This document shows, piece after piece, positions 9,558 through 20,230 of a DNA stretch of 64,000 bases. Source of the stretch: Gammaproteobacteria bacterium (GTDB lineage Bacteria > Pseudomonadota > Gammaproteobacteria > Steroidobacterales > Steroidobacteraceae); NCBI GenBank assembly GCA_041690895.1, contig JBEPVT010000011.1, positions 26,983-90,982 of the forward strand, read 5' to 3'. The notes under the pieces were generated by a model. The model did no database searches. It was given only the letters and a program-made list of their open reading frames with translations, and was not told the DNA's origin. Positions within the stretch are counted from its first letter, which is position 1, and each line of letters starts with the position of its first letter. The translations under genes and the position numbers were made by a program.

Positions 9558-10325
9558 CTAGCTTGCGGTCTGCCGCAATTGTCCCGATTCTACCCAGTGC
9601 ACTTGAGAGTCGATACGCCCATCTGCGTGCAATTCGAAACTACGGTAGGCCGGCGGAGCGGAGTCGAGCGCGTAGCGATCGCTGTTCGGCAGAAACTGCG
9701 CGCCGGTGGAGGGTGTCGCAAACAAGCGTACAGCGCCGCGCTTGCCGTCGAAAGCTTGGTGAACATGGCCCCAGACAACCGCGCGCACATTCGCGTGCAC
9801 ATCGATGACACTCCAAAAATCCTGCGCATCGGCAAGACCCACGCTATCCAGCCAACGGCTGCCCAACGCGATCGGATGATGATGCAGGCACACCATGGCG
9901 TGCTTGGGTGCTTGAGACAGCGCCGTGTCGAGCCGTGCAAGCTCGTTCTTCGTCAGGCGCCCGCCGACATGGCCCGCATCGTAGCTATCGAGCATGACGA
10001 AGGTCCAATCGCCGATGGTGTGCGAGCCGCAAATCCTGAAGGGCTCGCCGGTCAGTTCGCCGCGCATGGTCTCGGGTTCATCGTGGTTGCCGGGAATGCA
10101 CAGCACGGGTTTTGCTAGGTTGCCGAAAATGCTGCGAAACCGCAGATACCCGGACTTATCGTCTTGCACTAAATCACCGGTAACCAGCACAGCCGCATAA
10201 TTCGGCACGCGCGCGAACGCATCCTCGAGCGTGGCGTGCAAGCTCGGGTCGGTTTCGACGCCGCGCAATTTTCCGCTTGGGCTGCCGTAAAGATGTGTGT
10301 CGGTGACTTGTAGAATTTGCATCAT
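9558..10325 (-). CDS. cpdA: 3',5'-cyclic-nucleotide phosphodiesterase (calcineurin-like metallophosphoesterase)
   Basis: ILQVTDTHL, TGDLVQDD and IPGNHDEP motifs are collinear with E. coli CpdA. Confidence 0.85.
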   Translation of the reverse strand: MMQILQVTDTHLYGSPSGKLRGVETDPSLHATLEDAFARVPNYAAVLVTGDLVQDDKSGYLRFRSIFGNLAKPVLCIPGNHDEPETMRGELTGEPFRICGSHTIGDWTFVMLDSYDAGHVGGRLTKNELARLDTALSQAPKHAMVCLHHHPIALGSRWLDSVGLADAQDFWSVIDVHANVRAVVWGHVHQAFDGKRGAVRLFATPSTGAQFLPNSDRYALDSAPPAYRSFELHADGRIDSQVHWVESGQLRQTAS

Positions 10326-10539
10326 TTAAATGGTAGCAAAGCACTGCTTTTGCGACGGTGAACTGGGTCATGGCAATGCTTCAATGGCGTTATACACAAA
10401 CAGACTTCGGTTATGTGACAGCGTTCCGTCGCAAATCGACAACTCTCGCGAGTTATGCGACCGAAATCACGCGGCATTGCTGGCGGGGGGCGCATCGGAG
10501 ACAATAGATGGCTTGTCTTGTTAAATAAGAAGCCGCCTC

Positions 10540-12537
10540 ATGCCCACCCGCCGTGATCTTGCAAACGCTATTCGAGCGCTCACCATGGATGCGGTCCAAA
10601 GGGCGAATTCCGGGCATCCGGGCGCGCCCATGGGCATGGCGGACATCGCGGAAGTGCTGTGGCGCGACGTGCTTAAGTTCAATCCGGGCAATCCGACCTG
10701 GCTGGACCGTGACCGATTCGTACTCTCCAACGGCCACGCCTCGATGCTGCTCTATTCGGTGCTGAATCTCACCGGCTATCCCTTGTCGATGGACGAAATC
10801 AAGAATTTTCGGCAGTGGGGTTCGAAAACCCCCGGCCACCCAGAGCGCGAACTGCATCTCGGGATCGAGACCACCACCGGCCCATTGGGCCAGGGATTTG
10901 CCAACGCCGTGGGAATGGCGTTGGCGGAACGCTCCCTGGCCGCCACATTTAACCGTCCGGGCCACAACATCATCGATCACCACACCTACGTGTTCGTCGG
11001 CGATGGCTGCATGATGGAGGGAGTCTCCCACGAGGCGGCTTCCTTGGCCGGGATGCAGCAGCTCGGCAAGCTGATTGCGGTCTATGACGACAACGGCATC
11101 TCCATCGACGGCAAAGTTGTCGGCTGGTTCGATGATGACACGGCGCACCGCTTCGAAGCGTACGGCTGGCACGTCATACCGCACGTCGACGGCCAAAGCA
11201 GCGAGGCCGTCGACGCGGCGCTGGCGGCCGCGCGTGCAGTCACCGACAAGCCTTCGTTCATTTGCGCCAAGACCCTCATCGGCTTTGGTGCGCCAAAGCA
11301 AGGCACCCAAACCATGCACGGCGAAGCGATGGGCGAAGCCGACATCGCCGTCGCACGCAGGACGTTGGCTTGGAACTCGCCGCCTTTCGAGATACCAGCG
11401 GATATTCGCGCCGAGTGGGATCGGCGTGAGAAGGGCGCCGCAGCGGAGCGCGAGTGGCGCGGCAGGTTTGCCGCCTACAAACAGGAGTTCCCTGCGCTCG
11501 CGGCCGAATTGGAGCGGCGCATGGCAGGTGATTTGCCGGCCGGCTTCGACGCTTTGGTGCGGGCGCTGGTCGGCGGCGCGCAGTCCGAGGGCAAATCCCT
11601 GGCCACGCGCCAGTCCTCGCAGGCGGCCCTGAACGCCATCGGGCCTTCCATGCCCGAGCTATTGGGCGGATCTGCGGACCTGACGCCCTCAAACGGCACT
11701 TGGCGCAAGGACTCGGTGACCTTGACTCCCAACGCACCGGCCGGGAACTACGTTCACTACGGCGTGCGCGAGTTCGGCATGTCGGCGATCATGAATGGCA
11801 TCACGGCGCATGGCGGCCTAATTCCGTATGGCGGCACCTTCCTGACGTTTTCCGACTATGCACGCAATGCAGTACGCATGGCGTGCCTGATGCGCATCCG
11901 CGTGATATTCGTCTATACGCACGATTCAATCGGGCTGGGCGAGGATGGGCCCACGCATCAACCCATCGAGCAGCTTGCAAGTCTGCGGGTCATCCCCCAC
12001 ATCGATCTGTGGCGTCCCTGCGATGCGGTCGAAACGGCCGCGGCGTGGGGTGTCGCGGCTGACAATCGCGACGGACCGACGCTGCTGGTCTTGACGCGCC
12101 AGGCCTGCACGCATCAGGCCCGCGAAGCCGGCCAGGTCGCGAATATCATCCGTGGCGGCTACGTGCTCATCCAGGTGCCGGGAGTTCCCGAAGCCATCGT
12201 GATCGCCACCGGATCCGAGGTTGGGATTGCCGCCGAGGCGGTGCGCGCCATGAATGCCAAGGGACGTAAGATACGGCTGGTCTCCATGCCGAGCACGAAC
12301 CGGTTCGACGCCCAGGACGAGGCGTACAAGGAGAGTGTGCTGCCCGCGGTTGTTACGCGGCGCGTGGCGGTGGAGGCCGGCGTGCGCTCCGATTGGTGGC
12401 GCTACGTGGGGCTTAAGGGGCAGGTCGTGGGCATCGATCACTTTGGCGCCTCGGCGCCCGCGAAAGTGCTATTTCCGCAATTCGGATTCAGCGCTGAGAA
12501 GGTGATCGAGGCGGTCGAGAAGACAGCAGTTAACTAA
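10540..12537 (+). CDS. tkt: transketolase
   Basis: 665 aa. Contains [25 protein letters not shown] and the TPP-binding [13 protein letters not shown]. Confidence 0.97.
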   Translation: MPTRRDLANAIRALTMDAVQRANSGHPGAPMGMADIAEVLWRDVLKFNPGNPTWLDRDRFVLSNGHASMLLYSVLNLTGYPLSMDEIKNFRQWGSKTPGHPERELHLGIETTTGPLGQGFANAVGMALAERSLAATFNRPGHNIIDHHTYVFVGDGCMMEGVSHEAASLAGMQQLGKLIAVYDDNGISIDGKVVGWFDDDTAHRFEAYGWHVIPHVDGQSSEAVDAALAAARAVTDKPSFICAKTLIGFGAPKQGTQTMHGEAMGEADIAVARRTLAWNSPPFEIPADIRAEWDRREKGAAAEREWRGRFAAYKQEFPALAAELERRMAGDLPAGFDALVRALVGGAQSEGKSLATRQSSQAALNAIGPSMPELLGGSADLTPSNGTWRKDSVTLTPNAPAGNYVHYGVREFGMSAIMNGITAHGGLIPYGGTFLTFSDYARNAVRMACLMRIRVIFVYTHDSIGLGEDGPTHQPIEQLASLRVIPHIDLWRPCDAVETAAAWGVAADNRDGPTLLVLTRQACTHQAREAGQVANIIRGGYVLIQVPGVPEAIVIATGSEVGIAAEAVRAMNAKGRKIRLVSMPSTNRFDAQDEAYKESVLPAVVTRRVAVEAGVRSDWWRYVGLKGQVVGIDHFGASAPAKVLFPQFGFSAEKVIEAVEKTAVN

Positions 12538-12557
12538 AAGTAAGGGGTCTGAAGACG

Positions 12558-13571
12558 ATGGCGATCAAAGTTGGCATCAATGGTTACGGGCGAATCGGCC
12601 GCAATATCTTGCGTGCGCTGTACGAGGGCAAGCATGGCGGCGCAGTCAAAATTGTTGCCATCAACGATTTGGGCGATGCCAATACCAATGTTCACCTGAC
12701 GCGTTTCGATACCGTGCACGGCCGATTTCGCGGCGACGTGCATGTCGACGGCGATTCTATGGTGGTCAACGGCGATCGCATCCGCGTCGTTGCGCAGCGC
12801 GATCCTGCAAGGCTTCCCTGGGCAGAGCTCGGCGTCGACTATGTGCTCGAGTGTACGGGATTGTTCACCAGCAAGGCCAAGGCGGCCGCGCACCTCGCGG
12901 CAGGCGCCAAGAAAGTCGTCATTTCCGCGCCGGGCGGCGATGATGTGGACGCCACCATCGTCTACGGCGTGAATCACGATATTTTGAAATCCGGCATGAC
13001 GGTGATTTCGAATGCCTCCTGTACCACGAATTGCCTCGCGCCGCTGGTGAAAGTGTTGCACGAGAAGGTCGGCGTTCTCGCCGGCGTGATGAACACCATC
13101 CATTCCTACACCAACGATCAGGTGCTGACGGACGTCTATCACTCCGACCTGCGCCGCGCGCGCTCGGCCACCATGTCCATGATCCCAACCAAGACCGGCG
13201 CCGCAGCGGCCGTCGGCCTGGTGCTGCCGGAGCTCAAAGGCAAGATCGACGGTTTCGCGATACGCGTGCCGACGATCAACGTGTCCTTGGTGGACTTGAG
13301 CTTCACCGCAGCGCGCAAAACCACGGTGCAAGAGATTCACGACGCCGTCAAAGCGGCGGCGGACGGCCCGCTCAAGGGCATCTTGGCTTACAACGATCAA
13401 CCGCTGGTGTCGGTGGACTTTAACCATGATCCGGCCTCATCGACGTATGACGCGACGCTAACCAAGGTTATCGAGGGAACGCTGGTGAAGGCCTGTTCCT
13501 GGTACGACAACGAGTGGGGATTTTCCAACCGCATGCTCGATACGACGCTGGCCTGGTCAAAGGCCAAGTAA
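12558..13571 (+). CDS. gap: type I glyceraldehyde-3-phosphate dehydrogenase
   Basis: [10 protein letters not shown] Rossmann motif, active-site [11 protein letters not shown]-terminal [11 protein letters not shown]. Confidence 0.97.
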   Translation: MAIKVGINGYGRIGRNILRALYEGKHGGAVKIVAINDLGDANTNVHLTRFDTVHGRFRGDVHVDGDSMVVNGDRIRVVAQRDPARLPWAELGVDYVLECTGLFTSKAKAAAHLAAGAKKVVISAPGGDDVDATIVYGVNHDILKSGMTVISNASCTTNCLAPLVKVLHEKVGVLAGVMNTIHSYTNDQVLTDVYHSDLRRARSATMSMIPTKTGAAAAVGLVLPELKGKIDGFAIRVPTINVSLVDLSFTAARKTTVQEIHDAVKAAADGPLKGILAYNDQPLVSVDFNHDPASSTYDATLTKVIEGTLVKACSWYDNEWGFSNRMLDTTLAWSKAK

Positions 13572-13581
13572 GAGCGTCCAA

Positions 13582-14757
13582 TTGAAGATCACCAAAATGT
13601 CCAGCCTGGATCTGCGCGACAAGCGAGTGCTGATTCGCGAAGATTTGAACGTACCGATCCAAGGCGGCTCGGTGAGCAGCGATGCGCGCATCCGCGCAGC
13701 GTTGCCCACCATTCAGGCGGCCCTGACTGCGAAGGCGCGCGTGATCGTCATGTCGCATCTCGGACGTCCCGAAGAGGGCAAGTATTCGGAAGAGTTCTCC
13801 TTGGCGCCGGTGGCCAAGCGCCTGGCGCAGCTGCTGGGAATTCCGGTGGCCTTCAAGAAGGACTGGCTGGACGGCGTGGAGGTCGGACCCGGCGAAGTGG
13901 TGCTGCTGGAGAACGTGCGCTTCAATAAGGGTGAAAAAAAGGATACCGATGAACTGTCGCGGCGCATGGCCGCGCTGTGCGACATCTACGTGATGGATGC
14001 ATTCGGCACGGCGCATCGGGCCGAGGCCAGCACGCACGGTGTCGCCAAGTACGCGCCCATCGTTTGCGCGGGACCGTTGCTCGTCAGCGAGTTGTCGGCG
14101 TTGGAGACCGCCCTGGAGAAGCCCGCACGGCCGCTGTTAGCCATCGTGGCCGGCTCAAAGGTCTCGACCAAGCTCACGGTGCTCGAATCCTTGTTGAGCA
14201 AGGTGGATCAGCTCATCGTCGGCGGCGGCATCACGAACACCTTTCTTGCGGCTTTGGGCTTCAACGTGGGCAAATCGCTGTACGAACCGAACATGCTGGA
14301 CATCTGTAGGCGCCTGCTCGATCAATCCAAAAAGCGCGGCATCGTCATTCCCATGCCGACGGATGTGGTGGTGGCGACGGAGATTTCCGCGAAGGCGGAA
14401 GCCGACGTCAAGGATGTGCGCCACGTGTCGGCGAACGACATGATTCTCGACATCGGCCCGGATTCCTCCGAAGCGATGGCCGCGCTGGTGGCATCGGCCG
14501 GCACAATTCTTTGGAATGGCCCTGTGGGGGTATTCGAATTCCCTCAGTTCGGCGAGGGCACGCGCACGCTGGCCACCGCAATTGCGCGCAGCAAGGCGTT
14601 TTCCCTGGCAGGCGGCGGCGACACCCTGGCCGCAATCGAGAAGTACGGCATCGAGGACAGCATTTCCTACATCTCGACCGGCGGCGGCGCTTTTCTGGAA
14701 TTCGTCGAGGGCAAGAAGCTCCCCGCGGTTGAGATTCTCGAGCAGCGCGCCGCATGA
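13582..14757 (+). CDS. pgk: phosphoglycerate kinase
   Basis: (M)[24 protein letters not shown] aligns residue for residue with the E. coli MSVIKMTDLDL N-terminus. I therefore prefer TTG 13582; ATG 13597 is the alternative. Confidence 0.93.
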   Translation: MKITKMSSLDLRDKRVLIREDLNVPIQGGSVSSDARIRAALPTIQAALTAKARVIVMSHLGRPEEGKYSEEFSLAPVAKRLAQLLGIPVAFKKDWLDGVEVGPGEVVLLENVRFNKGEKKDTDELSRRMAALCDIYVMDAFGTAHRAEASTHGVAKYAPIVCAGPLLVSELSALETALEKPARPLLAIVAGSKVSTKLTVLESLLSKVDQLIVGGGITNTFLAALGFNVGKSLYEPNMLDICRRLLDQSKKRGIVIPMPTDVVVATEISAKAEADVKDVRHVSANDMILDIGPDSSEAMAALVASAGTILWNGPVGVFEFPQFGEGTRTLATAIARSKAFSLAGGGDTLAAIEKYGIEDSISYISTGGGAFLEFVEGKKLPAVEILEQRAA

Positions 14758-16193
14758 GCTCAGGCCTGCGGCGCACAAAAATTGTCGCGACCTTGGGTCC
14801 GGCCACCGACGACCCTGCCGTGCTGGCGGACATGGTGCGCGCCGGGGTGGACGTGGTGCGTTTGAATTTCTCGCATGGCGCAGTTGCCGATCATGCACGC
14901 CGAGTCGAACTGGTGCGCGAGGCCGCACGACAAGCCGGCCGCTATGTGGGCGTGCTCGGCGACCTGCAAGGTCCGAAGATACGCATTGATCGTTTCGCGG
15001 CCGGCAAGATCGAACTCAAGGATGGCGCTGAGTTTATCTTGGACGCCTCCCTGGCCGTCGATGCCGGCACCGAATATTCGGTAGGCATTGCCTACAAGAA
15101 ATTGCCCGCGGACGTGTTTGCCGGCGACGTGCTGCTATTGAACGATGGGCAAATCAGCTTAAGGGTCGTAGAGATTGACGGTCCGCGCATCAAGACTCGC
15201 GTGCTGGTCGGCGGCGAACTCGGCAACAACAAAGGCATCAACCGGCAGGGTGGTGGGTTGTCCGCCGGCGCATTGACCGACAAGGACCGGGAAGACATCG
15301 TCACCGCGGCGCGGCTGAAAGTGGATTATCTCGGCATCTCCTTTCCGCGCGATGCGGCGGATATGGACGAAGCTCGCGGCTTGCTGCGCCAAGCCGGAGG
15401 TCACGGCCTGCTGGTCGCTAAAATTGAGCGGGCGGAGGCGATCAAGAATCTGGCCGCCGTCGTCAAGGCCAGCGACGGCGTGATGGTGGCGCGCGGCGAT
15501 CTGGGCGTGGAAATGGGCTTTGCCGAACTCGCGGGCTTACAGAAACTGATCATTCAGGAAACGCGCCTGCAGAACAAAGTCGTGATCATGGCGACGCAGA
15601 TGATGGAATCCATGATCACGGCGACGATTCCGACGCGCGCGGAGGTGTCGGATGTCGCCAATGCCGTCATGGACGGCACCGACGCCGTCATGCTGTCGGC
15701 CGAGACCGCCTCCGGCCGGCATCCCGCCAAGGTGGTGGAGGCCATGGCGCAAATCGTCGTCGGCGCGGAAAAATACGAAGTGGAACACGTGCGCGCGCGG
15801 CAACGGCAGAGCGGATTCTTCGCGCACACGGACGAGGCCATCGCGGCCGCGGTCATGTACACCTCGAATCATCTGCATGTGAAAGCCATCGTCGCGTTGA
15901 CCGAGTCCGGTTCCACCGCGCTGTGGATGTCGCGCGTACGTTCGGATATTCCGATCTACGCCTTTACGCGGCATGAAAGCACGCGCCGCCGCGTGACCTT
16001 GTACCGCGGTGTCTATCCGGTTGCGTACGATGTCGAAGATCGCGGCGAAGCGGTGTATTTTTCGATTTTCCGCCTGCTGCTGGGGCAGAATTTGGTGCTC
16101 GAGAACGATCACATCATTCTCACCAAGGGCGAGCTCAGCGGTATCTCCGGCGGCACCAACTCCATGCAAATCCTGCGCGTCACACGCAAGTAA
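14754..16193 (+). CDS. pyk: pyruvate kinase
   Basis: [22 protein letters not shown], 479 aa. ATGA overlap with the pgk stop. Confidence 0.95.
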   Translation: MSSGLRRTKIVATLGPATDDPAVLADMVRAGVDVVRLNFSHGAVADHARRVELVREAARQAGRYVGVLGDLQGPKIRIDRFAAGKIELKDGAEFILDASLAVDAGTEYSVGIAYKKLPADVFAGDVLLLNDGQISLRVVEIDGPRIKTRVLVGGELGNNKGINRQGGGLSAGALTDKDREDIVTAARLKVDYLGISFPRDAADMDEARGLLRQAGGHGLLVAKIERAEAIKNLAAVVKASDGVMVARGDLGVEMGFAELAGLQKLIIQETRLQNKVVIMATQMMESMITATIPTRAEVSDVANAVMDGTDAVMLSAETASGRHPAKVVEAMAQIVVGAEKYEVEHVRARQRQSGFFAHTDEAIAAAVMYTSNHLHVKAIVALTESGSTALWMSRVRSDIPIYAFTRHESTRRRVTLYRGVYPVAYDVEDRGEAVYFSIFRLLLGQNLVLENDHIILTKGELSGISGGTNSMQILRVTRK

Positions 16194-16199
16194 CTGCAA

Positions 16200-17051
16200 A
16201 TGGCCAATGCATTTCGCGGCACCGATCGATACATCGCCACCGAGGAATTGATGGCCGCGGTCAACGCCGCCGTGGTCCTATCGCGGCCGCTGCTCATCAA
16301 GGGCGAGCCGGGTACGGGCAAGACCCTGCTGGCAAATGAGATCGCGCGCTCATTGGATAAGCCTTTCTTCGAGTGGCACATCAAGTCCACCACCAAGGCG
16401 CAGCAGGGACTATATGAATATGACGCCGTGTCGCGGCTGCGCGATTCGCAGCTGGGCGATGCGCGCGTCAAGGACATCCGCAACTACATCCTCAAGGGCA
16501 ATTTGTGGGAGGCTTTCGATTGCGAGGTGCAGCCGGTGCTGCTCATCGATGAGATCGACAAAGCGGACATAGAGTTTCCGAACGATTTGCTGCGCGAGCT
16601 GGACCGCATGGAATTCTATGTGTACGAGACGCGCGAAACGGTGCGCGCCAAGCATCGGCCGATCATCGTCATCACCAGCAACAACGAAAAAGAGTTGCCC
16701 GACGCATTTCTGCGACGCTGCTTTTTTCACTACATCCGTTTTCCGGATACGGCCACGATGACGCAAATTGTCGATGTGCATTTTCCGGACCTGAAACGCG
16801 AGCTGCTGCACGAGGCATTGACGACGTTCTTCAAGATCCGCGAAACGCCCGGCCTCAAGAAAAAGCCGACCACCTCGGAGTTGCTCGATTGGATCAAGCT
16901 GCTGGTGACCGAGGACATCTCTCCGGAGGCGCTGCGCAGCGACGATGCGAAGAAGCTCATTCCGCCGCTGTACGGGGCGCTGCTGAAGAACGAGCAGGAT
17001 GTGCACCTATTCGAGCAATTGGTCTTCCTGCACCGCCGGAATGCTCGTTAA
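16200..17051 (+). CDS. MoxR-type (AAA_5-like) AAA+ ATPase
   Basis: Walker A GEPGTGKT, Walker B LLIDEIDK, sensor ITSNN, LRRCFF. Starts 6 nt after the pyk stop. Confidence 0.85.
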   Translation: MANAFRGTDRYIATEELMAAVNAAVVLSRPLLIKGEPGTGKTLLANEIARSLDKPFFEWHIKSTTKAQQGLYEYDAVSRLRDSQLGDARVKDIRNYILKGNLWEAFDCEVQPVLLIDEIDKADIEFPNDLLRELDRMEFYVYETRETVRAKHRPIIVITSNNEKELPDAFLRRCFFHYIRFPDTATMTQIVDVHFPDLKRELLHEALTTFFKIRETPGLKKKPTTSELLDWIKLLVTEDISPEALRSDDAKKLIPPLYGALLKNEQDVHLFEQLVFLHRRNAR

Positions 17052-18216
17052 GTTCTTTTTTCTGCTACGCAAGACCGGCGTGCCGGTCTCAATCACCGAA
17101 TTGTTGACTCTGCTCGAGGCTCTGAAAGCAGGTTTGGGCGACTTAAGTGCCGAGCGCTTTTACTACTTGGCGCGCACTTGTCTGGTGAAGGACGAGAAGT
17201 ACTACGATCGCTACGATCGCGCCTTCGCGGCGCACTTCAAGGGCGTTGAGGACGTGTTCGCGCTGCTGCAGCGGCAGCTGCCGGCCGATTGGCTGGAAAA
17301 GCTAACGGTGCGCGATTTCAGCGACGAAGAAAAGGCCGAGATCGAAGCGATGGGCGGTTGGGATAAATTGCTGCAGACGCTCAGGAAACGCCTCGAGGAA
17401 CAGCAGCAGCGGCATCAGGGCGGCAACAAGTGGATCGGCACGGCGGGAACCTCGCCCTACGGCGCCTATGGCTTCAATCCGCAGGGCGTGCGCATCGGCC
17501 AGGACGGCGGGCGTCACCGCAGCGCCGTCAAGGTCTGGGATAAGCGCGAATTCGCCAACCTCGACGACAAGGTCGAATTGGGCACCCGCAACATCAAGAT
17601 CGCGCTGCGGCGCCTGCGCCGGTTTGCGCGCCGCGGCGTGCCTGACGAATTGGCGCTGGCCGATACCATCGATGCCACCGCGCGCTCGGGCGGCTGGCTC
17701 GATATCAAAATGCAGGCCGAGCGCCACAACGTCATCAAGATATTGCTGCTCTTGGATATCGGCGGATCGATGGACGATCATGTCAAGACCTGCGAAGAGC
17801 TGTTCTCTGCGGCGCGCAGCGAGTTCAAGCATCTCGAACATTATTATTTTCACAACTTCGTGTACGAGGCGTTGTGGAAGGACAATCGGCGGCGCTTCAA
17901 CGAGCACGTCGGCACCACGGAAATCATTCGCACCTACGGGCCCGATTACAAGCTGATTCTGGTCGGCGATGCAACCATGAGCCCCTATGAAATCACGCAT
18001 GCCGGCGGCAGTGTTGAGCACTGGAATCCCGAACCGGGCAGCGTCTGGCTCGAGCGCTTGATGCAGCAATATCCGAAATTCGCCTGGATCAATCCGCAGC
18101 CGCAGTCGCGCTGGCGTCAAACCGCCTCGATCGACATGACTCGCGACATGCTTGAGGGCCGCATGTATCCGCTGACGCTGACCGGCCTCGACGAGCTGAT
18201 TGACGCGTTGACATGA
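17041..18216 (+). CDS. VWA domain protein, CoxE-like partner of the MoxR ATPase
   Basis: ATG 17041 (MLVKFFFLLRKTG...) overlaps the ATPase gene by 11 nt. VWA fold with a MIDAS-position motif LLLDIGGSMDDH. Confidence 0.8.
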   Translation: MLVKFFFLLRKTGVPVSITELLTLLEALKAGLGDLSAERFYYLARTCLVKDEKYYDRYDRAFAAHFKGVEDVFALLQRQLPADWLEKLTVRDFSDEEKAEIEAMGGWDKLLQTLRKRLEEQQQRHQGGNKWIGTAGTSPYGAYGFNPQGVRIGQDGGRHRSAVKVWDKREFANLDDKVELGTRNIKIALRRLRRFARRGVPDELALADTIDATARSGGWLDIKMQAERHNVIKILLLLDIGGSMDDHVKTCEELFSAARSEFKHLEHYYFHNFVYEALWKDNRRRFNEHVGTTEIIRTYGPDYKLILVGDATMSPYEITHAGGSVEHWNPEPGSVWLERLMQQYPKFAWINPQPQSRWRQTASIDMTRDMLEGRMYPLTLTGLDELIDALT

Positions 18217-19346
18217 TCCCGGAGCCCCGACAGCTCGGCTTGGTGTTGACGGGCGGCGGCGCCCGCTCGGCCTATCAGGTCGGGGCGCTCAAGGGTATTG
18301 CCGACCTGTTGCGACGCGGATCGGCGTGTCCATTCCCAATCATCACCGGTACCTCGGCGGGCGCCGTGAGCGCCATTGCGCTAGCCTCGGATGCGGCGCA
18401 TTTCCGGCGTTCGATCGACGCGATCGAACGGGTTTGGCGAGATTTTAGGGTGCACCAAGTGTTCAAGGCGGACCCGGCGAGCATGCTGAAGTCGGGCCTG
18501 CATTGGTTCTTGGCATTTCTCACCGGAGGCTGGCTGGTGCAGCCGCCGCATTCACTGTTCGATAATTCCCCGCTTTGGGAGCTGCTGCGCACGCATTTGC
18601 ACTTCGACGGCATTCCGCGCAGCTTGTACAAGACGCACCTGCATGCCATCGGCATCAGCGCGACCTGCTACGGCAATGCGAACTCGGTAACGTTTTTTGC
18701 CGCCGAACCGACGGCGGAGCCATGGACTCGCGTCTATCGCAAAGGCGTGCGCGCCACGTTGACGTTGGATCACCTGATGGCCAGTCTCGCCATCCCCTTT
18801 CTGTTCCGTCCCGTGCTGCTCAACGATGCTTACTACGGCGACGGCGCGATGCGCCAAACATCGCCGCTGAGCCCTGCAATCCTGCTTGGCGCCACGCGCC
18901 TATTGATCATCGGAGTCAATGATCCGGGCCCCACGGGTCAAGCAGCGCCGCCGCCGCCGATCGAGCCGACATTCAGCCAAATGTTCGGTTTCATGCTGGA
19001 CTCATTGTTCATGGATACGCTCAATGCCGGTCTTGAGCGCATCAATCGCTACAACGAGAGCGCCGGCATGCAGCCGATCGATACGCTGGTGCTTACGCCG
19101 TCGCGAGACGTCAACGAGGTCGCACGACGCCATGTGGACGAATTGCCGCGCACCTTGAGAACCTTGCTGCGCGCCTTGGGCGCGCACAATGCGCCCAATT
19201 CGCTGCTGTTGAGCTATTTGCTGTTCGAACGCGGCTTCACGCGGGAAATGATCGACATGGGCTACGAGGATGCGAAAGCGCGGGCGGGAGAGATTCGCGA
19301 GTTTCTGCAGCTGGAGCACGCCCGCAAGTTTCGAGCCGCGCGCTAG
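18213..19346 (+). CDS. patatin-like phospholipase
   Basis: GGGARSAYQVG oxyanion motif, GTSAGA nucleophile elbow, YGDGAM catalytic Asp. ATGA overlap with the VWA gene stop. Confidence 0.88.
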   Translation: MIPEPRQLGLVLTGGGARSAYQVGALKGIADLLRRGSACPFPIITGTSAGAVSAIALASDAAHFRRSIDAIERVWRDFRVHQVFKADPASMLKSGLHWFLAFLTGGWLVQPPHSLFDNSPLWELLRTHLHFDGIPRSLYKTHLHAIGISATCYGNANSVTFFAAEPTAEPWTRVYRKGVRATLTLDHLMASLAIPFLFRPVLLNDAYYGDGAMRQTSPLSPAILLGATRLLIIGVNDPGPTGQAAPPPPIEPTFSQMFGFMLDSLFMDTLNAGLERINRYNESAGMQPIDTLVLTPSRDVNEVARRHVDELPRTLRTLLRALGAHNAPNSLLLSYLLFERGFTREMIDMGYEDAKARAGEIREFLQLEHARKFRAAR

Positions 19347-20215
19347 GAGCCGACTTTTTTTCGCAACGAGTCATGCCGCGTCAGCACCTGCGGGTGCGAT
19401 TTGCGGAAATGTTGCGCGAGCTGCTCGGCGATGTACACCGAGCGATGCTGGCCGCCGGTGCAGCCGATCGCAATGGTCAAATAGCTGCGATTCGCCTGCG
19501 AGAATTCGCTCACGCGCTGCTGCAGAAACGCCGTCAGATCCGCGATCATGCTGCGCACGCTGGCGAATCCTGCGAGGTACTCGATCACGCTCGGGTCACG
19601 GCCGGTCAATTTGCGCAGCGCATCTTCCCAATAGGGATTCGGCAAGCTGCGCACATCGAACACGAAATCCGCGTCGCCCGGAATGCCGAACTTGTAGCCG
19701 AAGGATTCGAACATCAGCGACAGCCGCCCTGCGCTGCCGCGGTCGACGCGCTCGCGGATGAGCTCGCGCAGCGCGTGCACTCCCATGTTCGAGGTGTCGA
19801 TGACCCAGTCAGCCGCGTTGATAACGGGATCGAGCAACTTGCGCTCCGCGGCGATGGCTTCGCGCAAGCCGACTTCACCGGTGATCAGAGGATGCTTGCG
19901 GCGAGTTTCTGCATAGCGCTTCAGCAGCACTTCTTCCGCGGCGTGCAGGTACAGAACTTCGCAATCAATGCCGCTGCGGCGCAGTTCGCCCACCAGCGCG
20001 GGGATGGTCTCGATTTCATTGGCTCGATTGCGCGCATCCAAGCCCACGGCGATCCGCGGGTAGGTGTCTCCCATGCCGCGGACCGTGTGGGAAATGAAGG
20101 GCTTCAACAACGCGGCGGGTATGTTGTCGACACAGTAAAAGTCAATGTCTTCCAACATGTGCAAGGCAACGCTTTTGCCGGACCCGGACAGCCCGCTCAC
20201 GATGATCAGCCGCAT
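19343..20215 (-). CDS. rapZ: RNase adapter protein RapZ
   Basis: MRLIIVSGLSGSGKSVALHMLEDIDFYCVDNIP, 290 aa, C-terminal CTGGQHRSV motif. Confidence 0.93.
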   Translation of the reverse strand: MRLIIVSGLSGSGKSVALHMLEDIDFYCVDNIPAALLKPFISHTVRGMGDTYPRIAVGLDARNRANEIETIPALVGELRRSGIDCEVLYLHAAEEVLLKRYAETRRKHPLITGEVGLREAIAAERKLLDPVINAADWVIDTSNMGVHALRELIRERVDRGSAGRLSLMFESFGYKFGIPGDADFVFDVRSLPNPYWEDALRKLTGRDPSVIEYLAGFASVRSMIADLTAFLQQRVSEFSQANRSYLTIAIGCTGGQHRSVYIAEQLAQHFRKSHPQVLTRHDSLRKKVGS

Positions 20216-20230
20216 CAGCAGCCAGGCTCG

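Noticed and set aside
10330-10524. 64-aa Cys-containing plus-strand ORF (and a 60-aa minus-strand ORF) filling the cpdA/tkt intergenic region.
   Set aside because: No convincing RBS, no motif, and both strands are open here by chance. I treated it as a divergent promoter and leader region.
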